64,000 nt of DNA from Zootoca vivipara (GCF_963506605.1 NC_083286.1:35588001-35652000), one strand, 5' to 3'; counted from the stretch's first letter, positions 1 through 13,473 are shown. The notes: a model not told the origin generated them from the sequence alone. Numbers and translations: made by a program.

Positions 1-420
1 GTATCATCTGCATACTGATGAACACCCAGCCCAAACCCCCTGATGATCTCTCCAAACGGCTGCATGTATATGTTGAAAAGCATGGGAGAGAGGATAGAAC
101 CCTGAGGCACCCCACAAGTGAGAGCCCAGGGGTCTGAACACTCATCCCCCACAACCACTTTCTAAACACAGCCCAGGAGGAAGGAGCAGAACCACTGTAT
201 AACAGTGCCCCCAGTTGCCAACCCCTCTAGACGGTCCAAAAAGATGTTATGGTTGATGGTGTCAAAAGCCGCTGAGAGATCCAGCAGGACTAGGAAACAG
301 CTCTCACCTTTGTCCCTAGCCCACCAGAGATCATCAACCAGTGCAACCAAGGCAGTTTCAGTCTCATGATGAGGCCTGAATACCGACTGGAAGGGATGCA
401 AATGGTCCGCTTCTTCCAAG
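1..420 (-). mobile_element. L2-clade LINE reverse transcriptase fragment (degenerate)
   Basis: Minus-strand translation has PFQSxFRPHHxTETAL, LLDLSAAFDT, GVPQGS and HQYADDT RT motifs; near-identical copy at 18744-19180. Confidence 0.85.
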
Positions 421-603
421 CAGGAGCGTAGGAAGAAGGGGGCGATAGAGGCGCTCCGCCCCGGGCAGCGCAATCCTGAGGGTGCCATCGTGGCTGTCCG
501 TCCCGCCCGCGCTGGGCGCCACGCCCCCATGGGCAGCACACCACACACCCCGCCCCCGTGAGCAGCACGCCCCCCCAGAACATGCGCCCTGCCCCCGCCT
601 GCT
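421..603. mobile_element. GC-rich non-autonomous hAT-like element fragment
   Basis: Starts CAGGAGCGTAGGAAG, matching the reverse complement of the end of the TSD-flanked element at 54377-54825; truncates the L2 fragment. Confidence 0.6.
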
Positions 604-1025
604 CAAGTTTGGGTGTATGCGCAGAAGGGCACAGAGTTAAATTAACAGAAGGAGCTGATAGTTATATAATTGTAATTCAATAATGATCTGTAATCAGAGA
701 GAAATAATCTTCAGCTGCCTGCAAATAGACTTTGCAGCTTGAGGATTACGATTCCAACTACTAGGCAACACAACACTATTTGACTTATACTGGCTCTCTT
801 ACCTCATGCCTTGGTCTTCTGCTGGTGAATTGAGACCCACCACCAGGTAAGGGCCTAAATCAAGATGTGTTGAAGAAGCAACACTACCACCATGCAAATG
901 CAGTATATGGGGGATTAAGAAACTGCCACACAAATGCAATGGTAAGCTTAAAAGCAGTACAAAAGGGGTAGGAAATGTTAACAGGTGTCTCTTTGAAACA
1001 CAAACAGCTAGAGCAACTGAGAGAG

Positions 1026-1156
1026 NNNNNNNNNNNNNNNNNNNNNNNNNNNNNNNNNNNNNNNNNNNNNNNNNNNNNNNNNNNNNNNNNNNNNNNNNNN
1101 NNNNNNNNNNNNNNNNNNNNNNNNNNNNNNNNNNNNNNNNNNNNNNNNNNNNNNNN
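1026..1156. other. Assembly gap (N run)
   Basis: Run of N following a GA repeat. Confidence 0.99.
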
Positions 1157-3018
1157 TCCAACCAGGTAGGTGAAAATTAGTACTTAATTTGTTTGATAGA
1201 ATATGTCCCTTAGTGGCTGGATGTGGTGAATGACTCAGTCTTTCTTCTCTTATGCCTCAACCACAAAAGCTTTGTGCTGTAAGCACCACAACTCCATTCA
1301 CCTAACCAGCATCTGCAGACTTTGACATTTTCTGAAAGATGCTTCTGCACCAAATGCAGTCATGAATAGCGGTCATGGCCTTGGGTCTGTCTTCTAACAG
1401 CTGTATTTTTTTACAGCTGTTGGAACTGTTCACTTAAAATAAGTATTAAGTGACTGTTGGTGTTCTTCAAAGATATCTTTCTTGAGAGATACATCAGGAA
1501 GGTTTAATATTGGGAGTAATTGAAAGTAAATGCATTTTAAGTTACAAAATCTGCTTAGAGGGATGTGTCAATTTCTAATCTTCATTTGACTCTACATACT
1601 AGGCAGAGACTGTTGTTTATGTTGAGCACAATTAATCATGGTTTTGGAGTAACCAAGTCTGGACTGTGATCATGTGTCAAATTTGAGCATAAAGTGAAAG
1701 GGTATGTCAAATTAAGTCACAATAGTGCTTTATTTAAAATTGATTTAAGAGATATCTGTGTCGAGGTTTAAACTTCAATAGCAACATTTTTTTTTCATGC
1801 TTGTTGCACAAACAATAGATATGTGTCACTCTCTATTACGTATCTTTATCCTAACAACACTCACTTTAGTAAGCCTCATAAAATCAGTATGTTTAGGAGC
1901 ATTTGGAACAACTGATGTTTTAGGATATGAAAGCCCTATATGGAAGAAAATCCCACTCAAGTTGATGTTTCCAGCTCTTCTGTTCTTCCTTATTTGTGAA
2001 TAATGCTGAATAACCAAAGCACAGTCTACAGAATATGGAGTTTGTTTAGCAGTGCAAAAACACTTTGAGGCTGATGAGAAGTCACATGATCTTTGATCCA
2101 TTCTTTTGTACTGTGAATGCCATTCCAATCAGTAGTCTAAATGATCTTTCCTGTCATGCCTTTTCAGTAGCTTGACGGGCACTGGGTTAGTAGACAGCCT
2201 AAAGTGTACATCCCCTGGGGAACAAACTTCATCATCAGTTACTTTCCATGTGCCACGGACATTTTATAGTTCTTCACAAATGACATCTTGGATCATCTAC
2301 CACAGTAGTTCTTTTCTGAAGTCATAAATGATTGGATCCATATTAGTGATGGAGCTGTGCTCATAGTGGAAGAAAGGAGTGAGGTGATCGCTCCTTCCCC
2401 CTATAGCTCCAGGTCCCCTGAAAACTGCTCTAGGGGACCTCCTCGGACAGTGTGCAGGTGAAGGCTGTGAGCTGTGAAGGCTGTGCAGTTGGGCTCAGAA
2501 TATATCTGAAATGATTTTTAAAGGACTAGTTTCCTGTGTAATATACACTTTGTTGTTGTTATTGTTATTACTAATTATTTCTTTAAGCATGAAACTGGAC
2601 ACCAAAAACTTTAAGAGTTGTTTTGTCTAAGAAATGGGTAGGAATTAAAAGATAAGTCATTGTTGTGGGTGACACAATTAGTACCAGGTTCTCTCCAACC
2701 TGTCTGAAGAAAACCTACAGGCTCAAAGTGTTGTATACTGGAACAACATTGGGCAGTTTTAAGGGGAATATAGAAACAAAATCATTCTGAGTTCTCTTAT
2801 CATAGCACTCCAATTCTTTGATGTGATATTCAAGCAGTGAAATATGAGCAAGCCTTTCAGAATATAGCCCAATACAACATGGGCTATCAGGTAGATGTTA
2901 ACCCAGAACGAACATTCCATGTAATAAGAATTGTGCCTTATCTAAAGGAGGTTTGAAAATCCAATTGGCTATCTTTACCTTACTGAGGCAAGGGAAAGTC
3001 CATGATTTTCGGCAAAGT

Positions 3019-3228
3019 AAACATTAGGAACAACTTCCTGAAAGTAAGAGCTGTTCGGCAGTGCAATTTGCTGCCAAGGAGTGTGGTGGAGTCTCCTTCT
3101 TTGGAGGTCTTTAAGCAGAGGCTTGACAGGCATATGTCAAGAATGCTTTGATGGTGTTTCCTGCTTGGCAGGGGGTTGGATTGGATGGCCCTTGTGGTCT
3201 CTTCCAACTCTATGATTCTATGATTCTA
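3019..3228 (+). mobile_element. CR1 LINE 3' end
   Basis: Typical CR1 3' sequence ending in (ATTCTATG)n; matches the reverse complement of 40141-40345. Confidence 0.85.
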
Positions 3229-3672
3229 AAGTTTCACTTGATAATCAAGAAAAATACTTTTGGAATTTGAAAAGTATTGCATTGAAACATATATTTAAAT
3301 AGTCTGGGAAAGTATCTGATGAATATTCAGTGAATAAGAGGGTTTGTATCTGCTGTTGTTCAAATTTCAAATGTGATGAATAGGAAACCCTGTTTTATAT
3401 GTTAATGCCATCTTAATAGGTGCAGACAAGATCTATTATAAATAACAGAATGTAAATTACTTTAAAGCATCCATCATAAACACAGGGAGTGGGGAATGAA
3501 AAGGTAGTATAAAGGAAGTAACATGCTAATTGTACAAGATATTTGAAAAATGGAAAAGGCAGTGAATACGGTGTGCCTTTTTCTAGTCCCCAAAACAATT
3601 TTACTTCGGAAAAGTATTTTCTGCTAAATATGTTGCCTAATATGCTTAATAACCATGAACTTCATTTTCTAG

Positions 3673-4868
3673 GATCTTTCGCTCAGATTGGACCAAAAAC
3701 CTTTTCCTTCTATTCAGCAGAAGAAGAATTTGAAAAAATCCCATTGGGAGACGATGACACTGAAAGCAATTCAGAAATGGGATCGGGTTCTATCAATGAA
3801 AGTATATTCCGTGGAGAAACACGAATGCTGCCAACTGAACGGATCTCTGGAGATATCAAGGAGTACCTGACTAGTGGATGGCTGACCGTTTTTGTTCCAT
3901 CAGTTTATACCTTAGTTGTCATGCTGAGTCTTCCTCTGAACGTCATGGCAATTCTTGTGTTCCTGATAAAAATGAAGGTGAAAAAGCCAGCTGCGGTGTA
4001 CATGCTCAACCTGGCTTCTGCGGATGTTCTCTTCGTGAGTGTGCTTCCTTTTAAGATTGCCTACCATTTTTCTGGGAACAATTGGGCATTTGGACCTGAA
4101 ATGTGTCGTTTTGTCACTGCTACCTTCTACTGCAACATGTACTGCTCTATCCTGCTGATGATGGTGATAAGCATGGACCGTTTCCTAGCAGTGGTGTACC
4201 CAATGCAGTCTCTGTCATGGCGCACGCGAAGGCGTGCCTTTGTGGTCTGTCTTGCCATCTGGCTTGTAGCAATAGCTGGGGTGATACCTCTGCTAATCAA
4301 TGAACAAACCCAAAGAATCCCTCAGTTAAACATCACAACGTGTCATGATGTGTCAAACAATGATGATCTTAAAGGCTATTACCTTATTTTTTTCACCGTT
4401 TTCTCTTCTCTTTTCTTTTTTGTGCCATTAATTGTTTCTGCCGTTTGCTATGTGTGTATCATTCGGAGTCTCAGCTCTTCCAATGTTGCTGCAAAGCAGA
4501 GCAAGAAAACACGGGCTTTGTTATTGTCTGTAGCTGTTTTCTCCATTTTTATTATGTGCTTTGGTCCAACCAATGTCTTTTTGTTAATTCACTACATCAG
4601 CTTTTCTTACAAAAACTACTTGGGGAATATCTACTTTGCCTATCTCATCTGTGTCTGTACTAGCAGTATAAGTTGCTGCATTGATCCTTTGATCTATTAT
4701 TACACCTCTTCTGAATGTCAGCGACACCTTATCCATCTTTTTTGCTGTAAAAAGACCTCTGAATCCTGCAGTACCAGTACCAGTGGCCAATTAATGACTA
4801 GGACCAGTAGAAGGGCTACTTGCACCAGTACACTTGGTAACAGTGTCTACAGGAAGCTATTAACATAG
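3673..4868 (+). CDS. F2R: Proteinase-activated receptor 1 (thrombin receptor), coding exon 2; exon 1 not found in window
   Basis: Acceptor ttcattttctAG at 3671-3672 (phase 1); GPK/TFSFYS then hirudin-like EEEFEKIP; 7TM with DRF, TTCHDV, DPLIYY; CC palmitoylation pair; terminal NSVYRKLLT (human NSIYKKLLT); synteny with F2RL1 and S100Z. Confidence 0.95.
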
Positions 4869-4986
4869 GGTTGCAATCAGCTAAGTTTTGTTCAAAGTAG
4901 ACTAACTGAAATTAATGGAACCAAATAGTTACGTCCATGAATTTCAGTGGGTCTGTTCTTACTATGACAAACATTTGCTACAACTC
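4869..4986. repeat. Short palindromic MITE-like repeat directly after the F2R stop
   Basis: Imperfect inverted repeat AGTAGAC..GAAATTAATGGA / TCCATGAATTTC..GGGTCT; related copies near 7946-8065, 27433-27545, 32894-33010. Confidence 0.55.
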
Positions 4987-5108
4987 ATATTGTTTTGTGG
5001 ACAAAAGTACATTTTGTGCACTTATTATTTATATAGCTATATATTTAAACTATTTTACTGAAGAATAGCCATATCACATTTTTCACATGGTTAACATGTT
5101 TGTTAACA

Positions 5109-5222
5109 AAATAAAAAAATTCCTTCAGTAGCACCTTATAGACCAACTAAGTTTTCTTTAAGGTGCTACTGAAGGAATTTTTTTATTTTGTTTCGACTCG
5201 GACCAACACGGCTACCTACCTG
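5109..5222 (+). mobile_element. Tiny Penelope-like terminal fragment with inverted arm
   Basis: About 34-bp perfect inverted repeat (5105-5138 vs 5159-5192), same terminus as 51055-51126, flanked by 14-bp TSD CATGTTTGTTAACA (5095-5108, 5223-5236). Confidence 0.8.
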
Positions 5223-5342
5223 CATGTTTGTTAACAGATAACCTGTCATTAAAAAGGATGTAGGCTATGGGGAGGGAAGATAAAGACTCAAGGAGGTGTT
5301 GAAACAATTTACCCAGATATGTACTGCATCCCTGTTTATGTG

Positions 5343-5343
<1 letters not shown>

Positions 5344-5409
<66 letters not shown>
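5344..5409. repeat. (CA)n(GA)n microsatellite
   Basis: Seen directly. Confidence 0.95.
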
Positions 5410-5412
<3 letters not shown>

Positions 5413-5536
5413 ATTAATGTGATTCTACAGACAATGTTATAAATAGATCACTTATGGCTGAAAACCTCCAACAACTAAAATCTACAAACTGTTAAACAGA
5501 CTTCAAACTTTTATGCATTGTTTGCCACGTTATAGT

Positions 5537-6184
5537 CAGGCCCGTCTTAACCACATCGAGCGCTGTGGCGCAAAGGTCCCTCTGCCCCCCCACTCACCGT
5601 GGATGCAGAGGAGGGACATGGCATGGGCGGGGCGGGCACCAAGGGCGGGGTGGGCTCAGGGGCGTCGCAGCGGGTGGGCCGAGCTGCCTGGTCATCCTCC
5701 GGGGCGCCAGCACCTCCTCCTCCAGCACGGAGGCCTCTGCTGGGGGGGGAGGTGCCGCGCAGCGCCCAGCCTCTCATCCTCCTCATGCCCCCAACCCACC
5801 AAGTTGAGGCTGGGACTCGAACCCACGGCGAGCGGGCGGGAAGGAGGCAAGGAGCAGGGTGAGTGGGAGGGCGGCCGGGTGGGCAGGCGGCAGCGCCTGA
5901 GGGGCAGCCCACCGAGAGGCAAGCCGGAGACCCCATCGCGAAGGGTGACGCCGCCACGCAGCCAATCACCACACGTGGCTGGCACGGGAGGGGCAGAGCC
6001 AGGCCAGCCAGGCCGAGAGAGAGAAAGGGCACTCTGCGCAAGCTCAGGAGCCCCCTTGCCCGCCCCGCTGTGCGCCCGGCTCGCCGTCGCTGAGCCGTGG
6101 CCCCCAGACCACTTTCCTGGCGCCCTCCAGCGCCCGGCACCGTGGTGCACCGCGCCACTAGCCTCTATGGCTAGGATAGGCCTG
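5537..6184. mobile_element. GC-rich non-autonomous hAT-like DNA transposon
   Basis: Imperfect TIRs CAGGCCCGTCTTA / TAGGATAGGCCTG; perfect 8-bp TSD GTTATAGT. Confidence 0.8.
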
Positions 6185-8316
6185 GTTATAGTAGCCCTCT
6201 GAACGAAATCACTGTTTCCATTTACAAATTGGCTTTGGATGCTAAGAGACACTGATTTCATTCAAAGCTGCCTAATGACCTTATAACTAAAGATATATTT
6301 AGTTGATGATTCCTGAAATTAAATGAATCAGTGGTCTTTTTTTAACACCACTTTTCTACTTTGTAGTATATGGTTGAGCCTTCTGAAATGCATTCTGCAT
6401 ATTTCATTATTTTGCTCTACATATTTTGGCTGCCTTAGAAGCTAGAAACTGAAAGATTTCCTTAAAAGACAAATGAGTCAATATTTGCAATTTGGTGTTG
6501 TCACACAAAGTTCAAGTCATGATAAGCCTTTTTACTGTTCTGTTGAATATAAACAATGGACTTTTGACTCATGATTGAGACCTGGATATTGATTTTACAG
6601 AACAAATTGGCTTGCATCCTGACCTTTTGCTCTTTTACAAAGAGACACAGTACTTTATAAAAGGGCTATTTCCATGAACATAGTTATCCTTCCATGAGTA
6701 GAAGCAAAAAGTTATAACTAGCCAGAAATGGTTGCTAGTTGGTGTTACTGTGTACCCATCACAACTATGCATTGAATAGCCTAGTTACATTCTATTAATG
6801 TGGTTTAACATGGACTAGATCACACTGTCAACCAAGTAGTTTGGAGATGTCCAAATATTTGAAGAATCAGAGAAAAGTTATGCTGGCATATTTATTTTGA
6901 GCTGGTTCCACTGTAAGTCTTATACTGAACATGTGTTTCTACTTTTTAAAATAGAGTGAAACTCCAAGTATCCTGTTTAGAATGTATTTTCACCAGGTCT
7001 TTGCTTTTGGTGGGCACGTCTCCACAGATGATTTAGTTATTCTGTAGCTTCGTTTTTTCCTAAAATGTGTCATACCTTGATCATGTGTGTGAAACGCATT
7101 TAAAAAACAGACTGAGGCGCTGCAACATTATAGAAATCGAATTAACCCACACTCAGTAATTGAAAATTACAAGTGAGCCCTAGGACATCAAAATGAATTA
7201 AATATGACTTGTCTTTACATAAATTACTTTTACTTTCATTATCAGTTGAATTTAGGTTTTTAATTGATGCATTCATTTAACACAGAAACTGTAGTAAGTT
7301 TCTACTCTAGAATCCCATAGGGTTTCTAATGTAACAAAAAAGCAAAGTGTTGCATCTACTGAGTGCAAAAGCATTGATCCAACAGAACCATCCATTAATG
7401 GAAGAGGCAAGGGGACACTTTTTGCCCATTCTCCCTCCCTCCCTTCTATAGCCATAATTATGAAAAACCTACTCTGGATGCTCTCCCAAACCTTCAGAAC
7501 AGATTTTTGGGTAGTGCCGGAGACTGCGAAAATCAGCAAAATTTGCATGCCTTTCTCTTCCATCAACAGTTGCCTCTGCTGGAGCAACATCTAAACATTC
7601 TAAACATACATTTTGTTTAAGTGTGGATAATATAATTACCAAACGAGAGAAGTAAAACTACTACTTGTCTACTCAAAAGTAAGTCCTATTGATTTCAATT
7701 ACCGATGCTCTTAAACAAGTAGATATAGGCTTATATCCTAAAACTCATAATCTGAAGCAGCATTTTAAAACTGAGAAGAAGTGTCTGCTAATCTGTCAGC
7801 AGGTATTCACAGCATTCTAACAATTTTATTTGGGATGTATTGCATTGTTGTATTGTTTTCCATTTTTGTGTGTGAAAAGATGTAAAAGGGTATTTAGCTG
7901 GGTTTGATATAGGAGGAAATACCTGTTATAGGAAGAATATTAATGGTTGTGGCCAACTAAGTTATACTCAGAGTGTACACATTGAAAATAGTGGACCTAA
8001 GTCTTTCATGTCCATTATTTTCAATGGGTCTACTCTGAGCTGGACTGACATTGGATATGACCCAGTATTGACTTCTATTTTCTTCCTGGGTCAAATACCT
8101 ATCAAAATACATTTAATGTAAAGTAATTTAACCATACATTTTTAATTTTATTGATGTACAAACATAAGTAAAATGTGTAAATATTTCATAATTTTGGAAG
8201 TTATATTATTATATATTCATATTAACCAAATAAATTATGGTATTTGCTTTCTTAAAACTATAATGTTGATAGACATATGTTTATTATTATGTTTGAAAAT
8301 TGAGTTAACCTGCACT

Positions 8317-8322
8317 AATAAA
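8317..8322 (+). terminator. Candidate F2R polyadenylation signal
   Basis: AATAAA at the end of a long AT-rich 3'UTR-like tract, followed by GT/T-rich sequence. Confidence 0.4.
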
Positions 8323-9133
8323 AAACTTTTTATCTGCTTCATTTGTTGTGTGTCAAAACCTATGCCATGATACAAGTTTGTCATACATGACATCCAGCCT
8401 GATATATTTTCACTGCTCTGAAACATGTAAACCTTGAATATTCCAAAAGCTTCAGTCAGGTTGCTTAAAACTAATCTTCTATCCGTATCCCACAGCAACA
8501 AAGATAATATTTTTAAATGTTTGAAACAAGTAACTGTGACAGTTTGTAGGAATCAGCCATTTTGGTCTTGCATTATTGTTCGGTGACAAGAAGGCTAAAC
8601 TACAAAGAAGGGGCAATCTATGGTCTTTGTGGTGTCTATGGTAGAGGAACTGAAAAAGTACAGTTTGGCAGCGTGTCAGGCCAATCAAGGTTCTTCAGGC
8701 TGCTAGGCTCCCTTGTTTCCCCCAGGCAAAAGCTGCAATGGCCTAAGGCATGACATGGTTCATTCCTTTGCCCTGGCCTGCCCTAGCTGATATGGTTTAG
8801 GAAATAGTGGTAATGCCACCATGAATCTCCCCCTGCGGTAGGATCGCTCTGCTCCAAAATGCTGAATCCATAGGCAGCAATTATCCAATACTGCTACTTT
8901 ACGTGTGCTTTTTAAAATATCACTTCCATTGCACGCCTACTTCACAGGCTTTGTATGCATAAGCTCCCAGGTGGTTCGGTCCCAGGGCTGGAAATCTCCC
9001 CTGACTGAAACCCAGAAGAGCCATTCAGTTTAGGATCACAAACCAAGGCAGGTTCACATAGCTAGCCAGTGATAACCATGATGAAAGGTGCTGCATTGCT
9101 GTGGGGAAGAAGCCCCTCTTGAGATGACTATGC

Positions 9134-9673
9134 TGTAAGATCTAGGCTCCTTCTGTGGCGATTAGCCCCAGAGCCAGGCCCGAACAAGTAAGGGTTAAAT
9201 TTTGTGCCAGTTAGAACCCAGAGGGGCGGGCTCAGCCAGGGTATAAAAAGCCTCCTCCCTGTGGAGAGAGGGGAGAGGAGTGTGAGGAGAGAGAGGAGAG
9301 AAGAGGGAGAGTGAGGAGAGTGAGAGCTAAGAGTCCGAAGTGAGAGCTGGTCGGTGGTAGTTAGCAGACAGGATAACCAGTTATTGTGAAACCTGTTGTG
9401 TTTATTAATTAGCTGTTTATAGCGGTAGTAGGCCGGTAACTTTATAGTGGTAATAGGCCGGTATAGGTCATCTATCATAAGTTTATTGAACACTGTTTAT
9501 AAGCTTTTGTACACAATAAAGCAACTTGTTTATTCACATCGTCCTCGTCAAAATGAGTAGGTACCAGTTAGCAGTCTGGTGAGCTGCAGCTGAGGTACCA
9601 TTTGTCATTGGTGCAGTACTCATAGACTGTGAAACGTCCGGGGGTGCTGAACAGGTCTGCAGGGACCGTGACA
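9134..9673 (+). mobile_element. Solo-LTR-like element
   Basis: TG...CA ends, TATAAAA near 9242, GA-rich tract, AATAAA near 9515; no clear TSD. Confidence 0.45.
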
Positions 9674-12600
9674 CCTTCCATCTGAATTCAGGTGTAAATA
9701 TGCAAATAGTCATATTTCTTAAAGGTGCAAAGGAACCCAGACCGTGAGTGAGCACCTGGGTCCGTCCCCGTCCCCGTCCCCCCCGGAATCCTTCTACAGC
9801 TCAGCAGAGATGGCACCCAACCTCTGTAACACTGTTTCCTATTTTCTTATTCCATTGTGCCTCCATGAGTTGGGCAAGATAGTGGGTCAGGATCATAAAC
9901 TTCTTTATAACCATCCCAGATAAAACGTTCTTGTAATCTTTCAAGAGTTTTACTTAATTGCAGCCTTTGTGGAATCCTGTAAGTATCTGCAGTTTTTTTA
10001 TACCTGGACTACAAGAAGTTCCAGAATGTGTATGTGTGGCAATGTTGGGACATAGAAGTACCTCATTATATGAGTATCAATGCGGACTAAGAGAACTGCT
10101 TTATGAAACAGCCCTAACTTTTCCAAGTTTATCTGTCCCATTTGACTCATAATCTGTGTCCAAATCAGCTTTGTTAAAAAGGAAGCTCTCTTTCCCATTA
10201 TTCATTGTTATGGGGATGTGAAAATGGCTAAACCCCGCCCTCATTTTTACTGATGTGGATGAAATTTACAGGAAGAGGAGTTTCTCCAGAGTGGATTAAG
10301 CCTGCCAAATTGCAGGCAGATATCTCCCAATGCAGGAACCCTTAAGTGATACAAATATTGTTTCAATTACACGAAGTCATATGGTATGCTCTCTTCCATT
10401 ATTGTTTGTACAGTGTTTGTAAAGAAGTATGTTTGCCTTGGTAAAGTTTTTCTTTTTTACTGTTTATTTTGACTGCGTTTTCACTTAGCTGCGCGACATA
10501 TCTATCATCTATCTATCTATCATCTCTTTTTCACTGCCAGGAGATGGAACCTGCTAGATTTCAAACTGATAGTCATAGTAATTCTTCCACAGGGGCAGAA
10601 GTGAACATTTCTGTGTGAATAAAATTTGTTAATCCTTCCCTTCTATTGTTTTTTATACAGTTGGTCTGAAAATTTGCAGACATCTGAGAAGAGGAAAAGG
10701 GGATAACACTACAAAAATACACAATATCAAATGGAAATAAAGGATCCTAAAAGGAATGAAAAGGAACTCTCACTCACCAACTAAAGGGGGAAGGCAGGAA
10801 GGGGGATAAAAATGTGGCACAAACTCAAAACATAAAAATAAAAGTGGCAAGGGGTATTGTCTATAAAGTTACAACAGAAAGTGATGGGAAAGGGTGCAAA
10901 TTAGTAGGCAATGCACTACCTAAAAACAACAAAATCCACCTATTTCAAAGTAGGCTTGCCGTATGTCAGGAAAATTGGTGTCTAGGGAATTTTGCTGAAT
11001 CTGCAAAATGGCAAGGGAAACCCAGATGTATGGCAACCGGGTGGAAGAAGCAGTGGTTAGGTTTCCCCCAAAAAAGCTTAACAATTTTGGTGGGTTTCTT
11101 TTTTTAAAAAAAAGCTCAGGAATTTTACTTTTTGAAATATGGCAACCCTATTTCAGATTAATCCCACAGGACAGTATTATGAAGCTGGTTACCCTACAGA
11201 ATCCTTCCCAAAGTGGACTGTTGATGGTAGATGACCAAGGGAGCTGGGCTGGCGTTACTATGGCAAAATCATGTCCTAACATGGTCACATTGTTTTGACT
11301 TGCAGCTTTTACCATTTTCATAAACACCTGAAATCATGGGGAGGGATTCCAGTGTCCTTCAAGCAGTGTCCTTCACCAGCCAAGTGAAGAAGCAAGCATC
11401 AATTCCATTATTCTATCTATTCCCCTGGAGGTGCCACTTTCACAATGACCAAACATGATCAGAAGTTGTTTTACTTGTCTTAAATAGGGAAAAGCAATAG
11501 TAGTGTTCAAACGTTTATCTGAGCACATGGACAGGATAACAACTCCATCGCTATAGAATCCGTGCTGAAGGATTCCGCACATACTGTACAGACTTGTGCA
11601 CAGAGACCAAAATGAATCAGAGGTTTCCCAAACAATTTGGACAGAGCCAACACATAAAGATACCAGTGGCTCCAAGCAGACACACTCCTCCTCCCTTTCT
11701 GCATCTTGCTACCGCCAATATTAGCAAGAGTGCTGTCTTTGGAGATCTCAACCCTGGCCGGGCACCTAGCTTTGACTGCAATTGTGCTCTTTGACCACCA
11801 GAGGCTCCCCTAGCTTCAGTAGATCTGAGCTCTGCTCTCTGAATGCCAAATGTTGTGGTGGAACAACAGTGCGGGAGGACTTTTCCTCAATGATGTCCTG
11901 CTTCTAAGCTTCTCAGGCACTAGTTGGCCAAATGGGGAACAAGAGTCAAGACTAGATGTGCTTTTCTCCTGATCCAGCTGGGTAATGTTGTAATGCCCAA
12001 CTTCAGCAAGGTACTTGTAGTGTGTGTTCTCAGCTCAAATCATGGGACAAACTCCTAACACTTCTAAACACACATGGCCTTACCTTTTGCTTGTTCTCAC
12101 AGTGACGATGGACTCTGGAATGGTGTAATAGCATCAAAAGTGAATTGCTGTGAAATGTAGTGGATAATTTGTCGCATAGTTTCAAACGGATGCTCAGCCA
12201 TGAATTATCCTGGAAGTCACAATAACCCAGAGTTATTGTGATGGGAAAAGAGACTAATAGTAAAGCACTTCATGCACTTACAGGTACTCAAGATAGGGAA
12301 AAGGGATACATTCTGTTCATTTAATGGGGTTTAATTGTCCACCCCACCCTGAAAATGGGAACGTTCAAAACCAACCAAATGCATCAGTATCCATTACATG
12401 GGTCATAATGTGATTTTCAGAAATATTTTGTTTTTAAGAAAGCATCTTTTGAGAACAAACACGAAAGATGCCAAACCATGTAGATAATTCCTCCTATTAA
12501 TATGATGACTCTTGTTATTCTCATGAAAGCAGTCTTTTATGAAGCAGCTAGGAGGGATAAATAAAAAGCCCATTCCTCCCTCTTTCTTAGTCCTGTCTCT

Positions 12601-12810
12601 TTGAAGGTTGCTTTTCTGACAGTAGGGGGTTAGCTCTGGGTCTCCAATTGCTTTAAGTTAACATTCAAGCCCAAACTGGATGAAAAGATGAAGAGTGGAA
12701 TTTGATGTCAGAGAACTTGATAGGTCAGGAGAACATACCTTTCAGATAAATCCTTGCAGCCTTTTTTAGAAACCTGGCAGGAAAAGCTGAGGTGTGACTC
12801 TGGAGGAATA

Positions 12811-12883
12811 ATGGGCCGAACTCTGAAGATCTTTTCTCTGCTTAATATACTCTGCACCTTACATAGCACAGTAAGAGCAAACA
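12811..12883 (+). CDS. PAR1-like paralog B, exon 1 (signal peptide MGRTLKIFSLLNILCTLHSTVRAN)
   Basis: ATG, hydrophobic stretch, phase-1 donor GTAAGT at 12884; homologous to exons at 20701 and 29175. Confidence 0.8.
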
Positions 12884-13099
12884 GTAAGTACCCTTACCTT
12901 GGTTTGTGAATGATTTAACATGCTTTAATTTGTACAAGGCAAGCAGAAAGGGGGGGCAGTCTACTTATTTATGATGCCCCTTTCTACTTGGATGGCATTC
13001 CATCTTGCCTTAAGTATTGTGTGATGCCCAATTTTGTGTGACAGGAAGGGTAAGGCCCGTTCCATGAGTGGAAGTCCATTCTGCCAACATGCAGACACC

Positions 13100-13470
13100 A
13101 TTACCATTGAAAAGGGTTCAGAAAAGGGCAATCAAAATGATCCAGGGGATGGAGCAAATCCCCTATGAAGAAAGAATGGAGCATTTTGGGACCTTTCAGT
13201 TTGAAAAGGCACATGAGAGGTGACATGATAGAATTTCATTAAAAAATTATTCCCGGCATGGAGAAAGTGAATAGAGGAAAGTCTTTTGTCATCTTTACTC
13301 TAGAACTCATGGGCATCCAATGAAGTTGCACGTTGGAAGATTCAGGGCAGGCAAAAGAAAATCCTTCTTTCCACAGCGCATAGTTAAACTAGGGAACTCA
13401 CTTCCACAGGAGGCAGTACTGGCCACCAAACTAGGTGGTTTTAAAAGAAGATAAGACAAATTCATGGAGG
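13100..13470 (+). mobile_element. Old CR1 LINE fragment
   Basis: Degenerate EKVQKRAIKMI...RGHPMKL-type CR1 ORF2 C-terminal sequence. Confidence 0.6.
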
Positions 13471-13473
13471 AGA

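Noticed and set aside
3543-3672. ORF-track N-terminal extensions of the receptors (also at 15415, 24015, 30899, 48832)
   Set aside because: Intronic read-through upstream of splice acceptors; the real N-termini come from separate signal-peptide exons.
5513-6261. Long GC-rich ORFs and CpG-island-like patches (also 16590-17300, 47534-48170, 54298-54856, 56247-56728, 57763-58215)
   Set aside because: Most lie inside TIR/TSD-bounded non-autonomous transposons; open frames on both strands follow from GC content and show no recognisable domain.
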